Positions 24,587 through 37,500 of a DNA stretch of 64,000 nt are shown here, piece by piece. The position numbers and the translations under genes are program-made. The stretch's first letter is position 1. Each line of letters begins with the position of its first letter. The notes below the pieces were generated by a model. That model did not search any database, was not told the origin of the DNA, and saw only the letters and a list, made by a program, of their open reading frames with translations. Origin of the DNA: Phallusia mammillata (taxonomy: Eukaryota); contig OZ281496.1 in the NCBI GenBank assembly GCA_965637545.1, positions 26,350,001 to 26,414,000 on the forward strand, given 5' to 3'.

Positions 24587-25845
24587 TTAGTTCATATTGT
24601 TTTGGTTCACGATTGTGGCTGGCTGGGGTAAAATACATTTTCTGCATGCTTTGCAGGTTTGCTGGCATGCTACAATGGTATCAGGGTAAGCTCCTTGTGG
24701 GTTGCAGTGACCTTGTAGTCCCCAGGCTGTACAAGACGGTCTTGAATCGCGACAATCTACAAAAACAAATCATTTCTAGATAAGTTTATCGTCGCAAAAC
24801 AACAGAAACAGATTTGCAAAAACAATGACTTTGTTTGTACCTGTCCCTGTCCAAACTAGATCCAAAACAAAGGTATTTGTTTACGTTTGTGGTTAGATAG
24901 CAGAAAAATACTACAATGGTTGGTCTTAAATGAAACCCACCTAAAGTGCAAGGGAGACGTGCCGGTGCAGTCGAAGTGCTGGTTTTGACACTGCCGCCTC
25001 CTTTTCCACCGCTGGCTCCGCTGGTTACGCTGGCTCCGCTGGTGTCGGCCGTAGCCCCGGCGTCTGTGCCCTGACTGTCCTGGCCTCCTCCACTGCTTCC
25101 AGTGTTAGTACAAGGCACGCAAACCCCGCAAGATTTTTTGCAGACGAACTGGTAGGTGGCGCACTTTTGCTCCTCCAAATAAATCGGACAAAAATCGGGA
25201 AACTGATCGGCGCAGCCTTCAAACAACATTGAAATAAGTTAGAAAAAATACTCCTGGTTACATTTTGAATGTAATTTTATAAATTTACGCTAAGTTTCAA
25301 CAGAATATATTAAAAATTAAAAAATAATAAAAAACAATACGCCAAAAACAACACCGCTATTAAATTTGGATAAGGTTTTGTAACTTTAGATGTCAGCCAA
25401 CATACAAATGTTTCGACTTGCGATTTTCTAAGATCAAGGCAAGATAAAAATAATTGAAAAATTTAATGGTTATCTTAAAACCTGAATACAAAACCAATAT
25501 TTAAAAGTGTGTTAGATTTTAACCTGGTACGCATCCAGGAGGCTCAAGGGCAGCCGCTCGGCCTACGACTTTCTTGTCTGCGCTGCTCGTTGCCGGGGTG
25601 ATGCCGAGTTCTTCACAGCTTTTGCATGTTCCGCAGGTTTTTGCGCAAAGGTACATAAACTTCCCAGTACAGCCAAAATTTTTGCAGTAAGCCCCACCCA
25701 CGTCTCTGCAAGCCTGACAGTTCCTCCTGTTAAGGTTGCGAGTGAGAGCTTTCACAAGGAGGTTCCTTGCTCCACCCGAGAATATAATGCCATGGCAAAC
25801 GCTGAAAAGCGCCACGAAGACGGCAGTAACAATAAGATACTTCAT
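24587..25845 (-). CDS. Secreted triple-ShKT protein 3 (255 aa) with cationic pro-segment and Gly/Ser/Thr linker
   Basis: Exons 25845-25524, 25216-24941, 24756-24587; phase-1 introns, 768 nt. Signal peptide MKYLIVTAVFVALFSVCHG. Three ShKT domains. TATAAAA at 25916-25910. Confidence 0.92.
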
Positions 25846-28402
25846 CGTTTTTGAGACTGAGATTTGCAGTGATTGAAAACTGATGTGTTGAAGACCTGAG
25901 AACAGCGTGTTTTATAGCCGCCGATTTTGATTGAGTCATTGCACCGGTTTAGGTCGTCAATATATTTTCATTGGATAAACAAAAGTACGCTGCATGATGC
26001 GTAACATCACAATGAAGGTATTTTTAAATCCAGACTGCTCGGTGAGCAAATAATAATGTCCTGATACGTTTCATGCATCATGTCAGGTCAAAATAGATTC
26101 AGATCGTTCTAAACTCAGCCACGAATAGGCTTTTTAAAACTCCGCTCAATCTCTACCCAATCCCTTTGTCCACTACACGACTATTTGCATCCGCTATAAA
26201 CGTACTATGTCCAAAAATTCGTGCACTACTTAACACACGTTTTCTGTTTTTACGCCCATTTTCTGAGATTTAATGTTTTCCGGTCATTCTCGGCAGCAAA
26301 CGTAAAAATACCGGTGGCTCACCGAACGTTAACCCTAAATTCGAAAATTCCAATGTAGATTTTATTTATCTATTATTGTTTGTGACTCGAAATGGAACTA
26401 AAGTTTCCATGTATACATTCTCAGAAAATTAGTAAAAAATCCCAATTAAAAGTATATTCTGAAAAACTCTATTCTACCCATTTATCGGAATAGCGAAGAG
26501 AACAACTTCTTGGAGTAGAACTTTTAGTTTTTATACACACCTAATTCTGGATCACTTCGTGTTCGCAAGGCCACATATCCTTTAAACATATACAAAAGCA
26601 GTGTTTATTTTGATCTTCGTGGACACACAATACGGCAAGATTTGAGAAAAGCTCAGTAAAGAAAAATACAAAAGGGCACACTGCTGCTAACGAATTTGGG
26701 AAATTATGAAACATTTTTATTCTTTCGAACAAAACAGTTGCAAGGAAAAATTATGTAAGTACGTTTGGGAACAAAAGTTAGATGTTTCACAAAACTGTCA
26801 TTTTGACAATCAGTTACATATTGGTCCTTGCTTTCAGTAATAAAATGATCTGTAGACTTTTACAAACACTATAAAGAAAAAATGCTACAAAAATGCTTTG
26901 TTCCTCGATTTGCGTTTAGTGAATTTTTATCAATTGCGCAAACAAATATTAAAAATTGAAAAAATGATCTGCATTTAGAAAACACAAAAAAATACATTTC
27001 ATAAGCGAGAAAAATCTAAGTAGTATGTGAAAACAAAAAAGCTTAAGTACAAGAAAACAACAAAGCCATTTGTTGCTTTGCAAAAAAATCAGTAAATTTC
27101 GCTCATAATAATAATGTCATCGTACATTTTTGTCCCGCTAAAATTCTTTTGCTGAACTATAAAAAGAAAATTATTGGTGATTTTGCAAAATACACGTAGA
27201 CAGACATGACGCTGTGAGTATGCGGAAATCAACGTGGCGGTTTAATTAAGATCTTGTAAAAGAGACAAAAAGCTCCGGATAAGACGAATATCCGGAAATC
27301 GGGGCAAACGTGATTTGTTCGGTGCCTGCGTAAACACCCGGGAGATCTGACATCATTATTATGCAATATGTTGTACGCTGGTGCTGTGACAAAGATATTT
27401 TGTTCCATCGAATCACAGGACGGGCCTCTTTCACACACATAAATCCACAATTGGGTTCACAAATGAAGAGAAACCGAAAAATCTATACTCAAAACTGACC
27501 AAAAATGCAATTACTTTTGTTGATGCTAATGTACTGCATAAGAGCTACACAAAACTCATTTATTAGAAAGTAGATTTGTTTTACTAGGATGTAAGTATGA
27601 TTTTTCTTGTCCAGGCGTGCAATTGTGCACAAAAAACGTGGGTGTTTATATGTAAAAAGTATACTGAAAAATAAGTACAAAACGGTTGTGGCTTTATTAC
27701 TCAATAAACACAAATCACCATTACAATTGGCTTTTAAAAATCAGTTTTCATTTTTACATTTTTTCAAAATATCACAGGGACGAGCGGACGACGGTCTAAG
27801 ACAAGCCTATTTGCCAAACAAACACACAAATACAAAAACAATTTTCACTTAATTGCAAATTCAATACATTAAAAAAGTTTTCAGAACATTTCCGCAAACG
27901 TTTTGTAGTTTTTGGCCAAAAGACATCGACAAACATAAAAATACAAAGCTTTTATGTGAGACGGGGTTCAAGAGACAACAAATTTACTGCTACCTTTATT
28001 GTACACAAATGACTAGTGAAGTTTTATGCCTGTGGTTTGGGCAGGGAGGTAGCTTCAGTGATGGGCGGAAATTGGACACAAAATTTCGGGGAAAACATTT
28101 AACTAACATGTGCAAATAATTTTGCATGTGACAAGCGTTTATTGCATACCGACCTATACTGCAATATTGTTTAGTACGCGTACGTCCAATATTACAACAC
28201 AATGGCAGAAAATAACATGACACACACACAAAACAAACGAATAACAATAAAAAAATGCGTTTTCTGGCTGGAAAAAGGGGACAATTCATAAGCGCAAACA
28301 ACACCTCCTTTGACTTTCACTGCAATTTCCACAGTAAGACATATTTCCATGTACAGTAACATGGTAGTAAGGAGTCCAACTTAGTCCTCTTTAAAGGATA
28401 TT

Positions 28403-31400
28403 TTACTGACACCACGCGGATGATTTGCGGCACATTCCCGTGAACCACAACTCCATGAGTTTGTCGTTTTCCGTGAGATGCTTATTGGTGTTTTCCTTGG
28501 TACCTTTTCCGAGTTCGGACTACAATAAAATGCACAAACAATTAGTATCTTAATGCACCAAAAGCCACTTATCAATACCCAACTTGACGCATTACAATTA
28601 TAGTTCAACTTAAACCAGTAACTTACAGAACAATGTAAGGTTTGTAAAATTTTACACCCATCGTTAAAATGGCTACATATGTTTTTACAGTAAACTTTGG
28701 TTTAACCATATCCATTAATCTGGATCTTCGCCTGAAATTTTTTGGTCCAAGCAGGTCCAGATTTCCTGAGGTGTACTGTATATCTTTAATACAAAAAATC
28801 CAAAAAAACAAACAATATAAAACATTTCGAAAGCCAGCCCCAGTGAAGGTTGACACTAGATGTTTATGCACGTTTTTTTTAGTTCTGGATTGTTTGCAAG
28901 CACTTAAAAACGAAAACTTGTGAATTTAGCTCTTAAAGTTTTAAAAGATTGACCATGATTTCTATGGTTCAAAAATAAACTCACCAAAGGTTTAGGAAAC
29001 GCCCTCGCACATTGCATGCGGTTTGTGTGTTCCTTGTATGCTCTTTCCAAGTTTGTCTTCATTGCTGGTGTAAGGCAAGGGACACACAGTTTACACATCT
29101 AAAAAATCACAAAATATATTACAACAGACTGCAACATATTTTTTAAGCATCTAATTTAGTCACTGAACCTTAAAAACATGTTTACTCCTGTTTATTCCCG
29201 CTAATATGCAAGTCAACAAAAGAACAAGTTTCAAAACATGCAAAAACAGATCTTTCCTTAAAGTTTCAAAATGCCATACTAGAGTAGAATCACTTTTAAG
29301 TTGGGAACCATTGATGTAATCTAAGAAATGTTTCCTACCTTTTTCATAGCAACAGGCACTTTTTATTATTTTACCTTAAAACCTGTACATTATTTTGCCT
29401 GGAGTTTATGCCAAAATGTAGTATTTAATAATAATAATCAGTGACTGTGAAAACACATAAAAACAAAACCTTTTGCACACACCTGTGTACTGCAACTGGC
29501 ACATTGTGAACATTCCTTTTCATAGACTTGAATATCTTTGACACTGACCAGTATATCTGCTTGCACAGATCTAAAAACAAATACAAACAATTTGAATTTA
29601 GTAGCATATACACTTTTCAGTTTAATTCCATAAACAGGTTTTACTGAAATGCAAAAAAGAGACACAATCTTTCATAACAAACTGACTTACTCATGAACTT
29701 GTAACAGTTTGCTGGTGATACCAGCAACACTGAAGGTATTGAGAAGGACTTGTTCATAGAGTAGTGCATTGGCTGAAAAGTGGGCACTTGACAGATTGGG
29801 TGACATGTTAACTTCCATCAGGTATATGTTTAACTTGGAGTCCAGCACAAAGTCAAAACGAACCATCTCAAAGAACGTTGAAGACCCATATGGATATCTG
29901 TGCAATTGAACAAACAGAGATTCAGTCCATATTCATGTATACTTTTAGGAGGGAAGTCTTTTGGTTTATATTAAAATTATTTAAAGGTTTGTTTAGTTAA
30001 GTCAAAACATAAAGTTTCAGTGCAAGGACACGCTCCATAGCTTTAAGCGGCTTCCAGTGCAATTTTGTTGCAATGTTTAACTTAATCCAATAAACTCAAC
30101 TTAACTTAGCTAAACACTATATAAATAATATCAGGGGTTGTGAAAAAAGTTGTAACAGTTACTTATACAAGTGCTTACTTTTCTAAGGATTTTATGAAAT
30201 GTGTTTGTTTTTCCAATATCATATCCCCCACTGCATCATAGATTCTTCTGGAAAAAGAGTCTGCATTGAGATTCTGGCTTCTGACATAAGCTAATATGCT
30301 CTCTCTATGTGACAGCTTCAGTCTCACATAGTAGTCTCGCAGTGAAGGCATCTAAAATGGTACTTTTATTACAGTATGGTGAAGCCAAGCCAATTTTGGT
30401 CTTATATATAAAAACTGTACAATGCTGAAACTTTAAAAAGCACAAAGTTGAGGGCACCATTGGTGGATGAAGATTTGCTGCAGCTGCACATAAATTACAG
30501 GATGATTGCTTTATTCTTACCTCCCAAGTTGGTGTGTAATCATCTTCTACAACATATTTTCTTGGATTCTTAACATCCAGTGGTGCATAGTCTTCTGGGC
30601 AAAACCTGTGATTTAATTTCGTACATATACCACATTAATAAAACAAATCTTTTATCTATGAGTCAAGCACTATAAAGTATAAGTCATTATAATATCATTT
30701 TCACCCTAAGGCCCTAAAACTGCATGGGAAAACTTAGCCAACACAAAGGTGTATTTGAAAGATATGTTAAACCAGCGCTCTTCAACCTATTTTCCCGTTG
30801 TATACCTTTTTGCAATTTTCAAGCAACTTTGTATACCCTACACATGGTAATTTTTAATTGCGCACATAAAGTAAAAGAGTCAACTAATAGTTACGGTACT
30901 TGCCTGGTCACATGAATTATTGTTATACTAGACCAGGGGTAGATAACTTGTCACCGTGAACATGTAAACTGAAATGCATGCACTGGCGGCCGTGATGTAA
31001 ATAAAACACGGTACATATTTGGATTGTAAAACTAGTTTGAGGGTCTGGAAAAAATATTATCAGCCCAGAAGCCACTCAATCTACGAAACAAGCTAGAAAT
31101 TAAATTCGCTATCAGGCACTATTAGGAAGGATTTACCATTCGACCATTTAAAAAATCAGTTAATTTTGTTTATTTGACTTCATCTCAAAAAGTTCGAAAA
31201 ATCCTATTTCGTTTTCGCAATCCGTTACTCCAGGAATGTTAAAAGTAAAATCTCAGAAAGTAACAGGTAGGTGCTTATTGCTTCATAATTCACATTGTTG
31301 ATGCAACAATCCCGAACTGACGCAATAATATTCACAACAAGCAGGTCAGTCTCACAGGTCATGAATGGCGATGCTATGCCTTGATTTCATATAAAATAGT

Positions 31401-33437
31401 GCATTTCATATAAAATAGTGACCTTTAATAACACTGACCACAGCTGTATTCCCTTTGTATACCCTTTTTCAGTCGTATTCCCTAGTTTTGATGCGGTATA
31501 CACTGGGGTATACAGTATACCCGGTTGAAGAGCACTGTATTAAACACACAGAACACCCATACAGTGTGTAACATTAGTGCTTCCCACCTGATAAGCCATT
31601 CACCATCATACACATAAACACGCAGAGGGTCAATAGAGGTTATTACAGTGTAAATTCCAATATCAAACTTCCGATTGTCGATGAGAAATGGATCACTCAC
31701 AAACTCTTGCACAAAGGTGTTTGACGCACTTAAATCCAGACCTAAAAAGGATTGCCAATATAAGTATTACACAATCATAATAAGGATGTTCTGTACAGTA
31801 CAATAAACATCCTTCAGGAAATGAGTATATTTTTACCATCTACAGACTTAATGGTAATTCCTCTGTGGTTGTTGCTCTTTTGTACCCATAATTTTTCAGG
31901 GTTGGCCTTGGCAAACTTTGTAAACTGGTCTTTGTCTTTTGGGAGTTCAAAAGCAGTTGGTATGTAACTAAAGTAATAAAAATTATTTATACTTTATTAC
32001 AAAATTCTAGACATTTTTGAAACTTATAGTAATAGCTATCATGCAAAAACACTGTTATATCTAAATTCGAAGAGTTTTAAATGTGTAAATGTTAAACAGC
32101 AAATACTATATGTAAATTATATTTTCATAGGTATATATATGTTTAAAACAACTGCCCCAAAACTTATCATATACCTCAGTTTTGATTTGACCAGAAACAC
32201 TTTGCTTGTAAGATACCCTGATCCAGGAAAGTGGTTTATCTAATAAACAAGAAAACTGTTTAAAAATTGACCTTGAATTAGTTTAAACAATTGCCTTTTA
32301 TGAAATATATCTCTTCCAAAACATTGTTCTACATGATACCAGTCAATTTTTTTTAAAGTTTAAAATTCAGTTATTGTGATTATTAGTAATGAAAAGTATT
32401 CGACATTACAAATTTGGACTTACCAGCTGGTTTGGTTTGATGTCTTCTGGCTTGATTTTTGATGGGAAGGGATACTCATATGACCACACAACATCCCATG
32501 AACTACTTGCCTTGTCCAATCGGTCATAGCCACACATTCGAAACACATTTCTTACATGCTGCATATGGGGGGATTCAGCACTGCACACACATTTGTGGTT
32601 AATAATTATTAATTATCAAAAATTATAATTTGAGAGAAGATGAGGCATGGTTTTCTAAACCCTAATTGGTATGAGACATTTTTTGCCCCAGCATGATTAT
32701 TTGTGGATAAACAAGAGAAGTATGAAAGGAATATAAAGTTGAAAAGTATTGATTAATGTCATGATACAATTTCACAGACTCTTTGACTCTGCAGACAGGT
32801 TGAAAATCTGCAGATAGCTTCTTGTTTTGAGAAAATTGTTCACCTAATTGCACATATAATCCAATTTGTTGCTTAAAAAGCTTGGTAAAATGGTAATGTG
32901 TTTAACCAGGTTAGTCTGTACTGGTAGGACTGTTAAACATGACCAGTGTAAGTTGTATGCACTCGCTTTTGCAGTCAAGCCAGCCAAATACCTTAACATA
33001 CGCAATATACATAAGTCTGCCAAACTTTAACCAGATTTGATACACAATTGCTGAAATAGCTGCTAAACAATATGCCTGGAACCAAACATACTTTTTTGCT
33101 ATCAGCCAGTAGGTAAGGTGATTGGTAGATGATTTCTTCTCTCCTAAATTGACTGGAACTCGTTGTACATGTGAAGTGGCCTGAATAGAAAGTTGTCGTT
33201 TCTGCAACTGGATTATTTCCGACAAACGAAGACCAAGAAAGCAAAAACCTGTGTAATAATTGGCAAATGTTAACCTTCATTCTGTGTAGAATTTTTTAAA
33301 ATAACAGTCAAGTATCAAACTACAGTGTAAAAGTAAAAATTCATTGTAGAAGTAAAAACTTATTAAACCTCACCTGTAACAATTACTCCCAGAATTACAA
33401 ACAGAAATTTGGACCTTGACAAAACTCCAACACCCAT
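28403..33437 (-). CDS. TTLL15: Tubulin-tyrosine ligase family (ATP-grasp) protein, TTLL15-type, ~503 aa, with N-terminal signal anchor
   Basis: 12 exons: 33437-33374, 33248-33092, 32580-32424, 32239-32175, 31967-31837, 31741-31588, 30605-30521, 30351-30179, 29897-29691, 29570-29483, 29098-28985, 28519-28403; 1512 nt, phases consistent. Motifs NHFPGSG, WVQKSNNHRGI, QEFVSDPFLIDNRKFDIG, FEMVRFDFVLD, LMEVNMSPNL. An in-frame upstream ATG lies at 33485. Confidence 0.88.
30773..31537. mobile_element. hAT-type MITE (765 bp) in TTLL15 intron 6
   Basis: TIRs CAGCGCTCTTCAACC / GGTTGAAGAGCACTG. Flanking 8-mers TGTTAAAC / TATTAAAC (7/8). Confidence 0.82.
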
Positions 33438-34500
33438 ACTGCGTAGGTACTTGTTAATACAGCGCAAAGACCAAACTGGTAGCATTATAACAAAGCAAAT
33501 AAATACAAATAAATAATCGCCTACACATACTGAGCCGCCATGTTTCCGTTTAGTCTGCGTTTCTCTGGACGCCTCAGGAGCCGCTACAAAACACAGTTTG
33601 TCCTATCAGCATGACACGGCAAGTCTTTTCGGGCTGCTGGCATATTCATCATGAAACTATACTCGTGTTTTAAAACTTATTTTGTTAACCTTTTGTAATC
33701 TTTATCAGGTATTTTCCAACTAACTGCTTTAGTTTTTTTTTTCCACGTTTTGATTTTTGAATTAAGTTTTACTGATTTTCGGTAAACTTTAATTTTCTTG
33801 ACTGATCTGTCACAGTTACAACATAACTTGCCGCGAAATTAGAAAAAAATATGAAATACACAAAAATTTTATTTGTTAATTGCAAATAAACAGATTTTTT
33901 GTTTTCGCCAAACTGGTAATTCCCCGCGCGTAATCTTTTTCTTTTATTTACGTTTTTTCTTCTGCAGCGATATCATTTTCAGAATACCGCAATGATATTT
34001 TGTTGGTTTGAAAACTTTAAAGTATTTGTTAAGGTTAAGAAAGCTTCTTACGTCCAAATTGTTTTCGCATTTGTAACGTTGTTTCAGAATTGACCACCAT
34101 AGAAATCTGCAAAGGTGAAAGGTTACCTCAGGTCATTTGCACCGTAACGACTAACGAGAAACAGAAAGTTTGTCTGTCTGCTTTTTTCTTTTGTATGGGC
34201 AAGGTTTACGGCTGTTAATTCATCTCTTGTCTTATTGCACCTTTGGTGAAAGGTAACACTTTCTATGCGTTCCATTGTTGCTACTAAATTTGCCTTGTTT
34301 GAGCAGTGCATATATGCATAACTATAGTTATTTAAAATACAAACGTAATTAACTTGTATTCTTGTATTCTTAGCAAATCAACGGATTTTAGGTGGTGCAG
34401 ATCGATTAATGTGCGCATGTTTGTATGTTGGGTGCTAACAACTTTCGAGCTGTGTCAGTAGAACAGGATAAAGCCAAGCTAGAGAACGATATTTTTGGCT

Positions 34501-37500
34501 ATGAGCAGAAGAAATGATTCTGGTTTTTCTGAAGAAAACGGTTTGCAAACTGCACCACTGAAAATGGACAACGAAACATTTAAGGATGGTGCTTCTGACA
34601 AGAAAGGAAATGAACCTAAAGAAAAGAAAACAAACTCCCAGCCAAGCACAATACAAGAAATTGTGCAGTCAGTTCTTTGGGCTAAGTATGTTTATTTGTT
34701 TTTGCATTGACAACAAAATCTTGACTTCAGTTGTAGTGTTCAGACCCCTATGCGATCTCGAAAAAATGTGCAAATTAGCGCCGCAATACAAACACAACAT
34801 CACATTTCATTGGTTGTAATGCAGATTGTTGCAAAAATTATGAATCAGCAATACCTTACATTCTTCCATCCTAAACTGCTAAAAAGTTTTAATAGCTACC
34901 CGACACAGGTTTTAATTGCCACTAATTTCTTAACACTTTCTTGTTTTAACTTATCTTTGGACCTACTGATTCAAACAAGAATGATTTGAAATAATAATGT
35001 TAAATGTCACTAATAATTGTCAATGTTCTTGTTTGTAAAAGGTTTTGACTGTGATACTTTTGTACCAAAGTGTGAATTGTGTTTTTAAATTTACGGAAGC
35101 CATTGTGACATTTCCACATATAGTTGTCATCACATAACATCGGTTTTACACACTTTCCTTAAGAATTCTTCAAATATTCACACAGGATATATATATGTAT
35201 CTTATTGTTTGCACAAACTCCTTTGACCTAACATGACCGGTTGCGCCCACACCGCAGAACACATAAAAATTTAAATGTATAAACAGTCTTTTTAGTCATA
35301 AAATTACATTTGGTATTTTGTACACATACTTATTTCCATTTCATTTATTGCTATGATGTATGCTTTTGTGTTAATACTGTGCTGCATTTATCAATTTGCT
35401 GTTATATATTTCCAGAGTAACAAGCACACTTGATTTGCTGAGGATTGGAACTTACAAATTTGCACTTGCGTCCCTAGCATGGTTTCTTGGTTACTTCAAT
35501 TTTAGCTTGCTATGGATATTTTGTGGTGAGTAGTCATGAGCTTGTTTATAAACACAATGATTTTGTAGTAACATCTTTCAAACAGAACACAATTCATCCA
35601 AATTCTTCTGTTTTGTAGGTGTGGGTGTTATGCTGTTTGTTGCAGAAAAAATACAAAAGCGAAAGATTGGAGCGGAGGTACATTTTGTGTGTTTGTATTA
35701 TTTCCCATTTGGTTAAACAGTCTTGGGGCTGAGAGTTTTTATGACAACAAATAAAAACATTTTTCATTTTATAGGTAGAGGGGAGGTTAGCATATTTTGT
35801 GTGTTTTAACCATTTTTTGTTTGCTCTAGCATTTGAGCATTATATTTGAACATATTTAAGTCTAAACATATTTCAAACGTTTATCCTTGTCTAACAAAGT
35901 ATTGCTCATCCAGCAGTTTTTATTATAAATAATCGACGTTTCGACGTCCTATACAAGACGCCTTCATCAGGATAATGCCGTAACTTGCAGAACAAAATTC
36001 TTATAAAGCGACAAAATGCAAAACACACACACAAAAATAGCGATAAGAAGATCGCGCGGCTGCAAACTCGCACCACGCAATGATAACACAGCTCAGTGGT
36101 GTAAAAGCGCCCGATAATTTATCGGCATTAGAACATCTGTTTTAACGTTCATTGTGTTGGCGCGTGAATGGATGTTCCAAGACTCTAGGAAACTTCGCTT
36201 GTGGTAATCAGTTTCCTTCACCAACACCTGAGCAGCAGAAAAATTAATGCTGTGGTTTATCCTTGTCGTTATCATTGACTATTTTAGTTGAATTACTGAT
36301 ATGGGCTTGGTTTAGTATGTATATGTTTTACAATTTTTGCAATCTTGTCTCGAGGTTAACAGTTTTTATCACAACAAAATGGCTAAATTTTGTATTTAAA
36401 GTTTTGTAATTTTGTATGAAGACACTTAGATTGTTGCACTAATATTCTGCGAACATGATTTTAGTTTCAAAAATCTATTCAAAATTTATCATTTATGTTT
36501 TAAATCTTTTGCAATCTATTGTTTAGATGTTGACAGTTTTTCTGATAACAAACCAAAACATTTTTCGTTCTAACAGGTATCAAAGATGTCTGCGGATGAT
36601 CCTTCGCTGTTTATTGAGAAAATGAAGACACTATATCGATCAGAAGGTCGCCAACTGCCTGCATGGGTAAGCAGTTTAGATAAGCATCATGGCTAATTGC
36701 CAAAATCAACATATAACAAGAATATGGCCACAGACAGGGTATATTGCTATGATGAAACAAGGCTTTTGATGTAAAAAGTAAATTCCACAGGGTTTCTATG
36801 TGAAAAACGTAAGTGCTTCTTTAAACTATCCATTTTCACAATCATTGTTGTCATTATCAATACAACAACGACAACAGTAATTGTTAGCATGTATTATCAA
36901 AGAATTAGTAATCTCTGGTATCAATGTTGCTACATTGTTTGTTGCACATACATTATATTACTCCTGTGAAAATTGCAAAAAAATAACTGTTTCTTTGACC
37001 TTTGTATTTACAAGTTATGTTTGCTATAGCTTACAGATAGACAAACAAGTGGTATACAAAGCTTGACCTTCCAAAAATATACACTATAAAATAGATTTTT
37101 TTGCCATAGCAGCACTATTTTTGCGTCATTACCATTGCTGACTGGTACAAACTCTCCCAATAGAGAATAAGCGTTATGCAGACAGTGCAAAAACCATAGA
37201 CAGCTGACAAGTCATAGCCAATAATATAACATAATATGGATCTGGCATTTCCCTTCCTTGCTCAATATGCTTATCTTTTTTGAAATGTCAATCAGTACCA
37301 GTGCCAAACCCTTTTCTGTTGGGTTTTAGCTAGCTGTGATCGAGGTTTCCTTTCAATAAATGACAGGTGGCATATGTGTGGTTTAATTGTGGTTTTTGGC
37401 ATTTCATTTGTAAGGATACGCCTTTAGTACCATTTGTTGGTTAGCTCTGTCTTATAAATTGTACATAGGCCAGCACTGCAAAACCTAAAACTCTTCAACT

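Noticed and set aside
24587-25845. ShK Lys-Tyr Kv1-blocking dyad in the ShKT domains
   Set aside because: KY/KF pairs occur (TKYV, GKFM) but not at a consistent equivalent position, so channel-blocking activity cannot be claimed.
26060-26090. CTGACATGATGCATGAAACGTA resembling a hammerhead
   Set aside because: The core does not fit CUGANGA and there is no stem II.
27205-27350. GC-rich hairpin TCCGGATA-AGACGAA-TATCCGGA as a possible ncRNA
   Set aside because: No match to snRNA, tRNA or snoRNA motifs that I can recognise; CCGGAA motifs may equally indicate a promoter; unresolved.
27996-28304. Hydrophobic ORF (MNCPLFPARKRIFLLLFVCF...) right after TTLL15, suggesting a trans-spliced operon gene
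   Set aside because: Hydrophobicity derives from T/G-rich low-complexity sequence typical of a 3' UTR, and no downstream exons could be joined. Spliced-leader reads at ~28319 would revive it.
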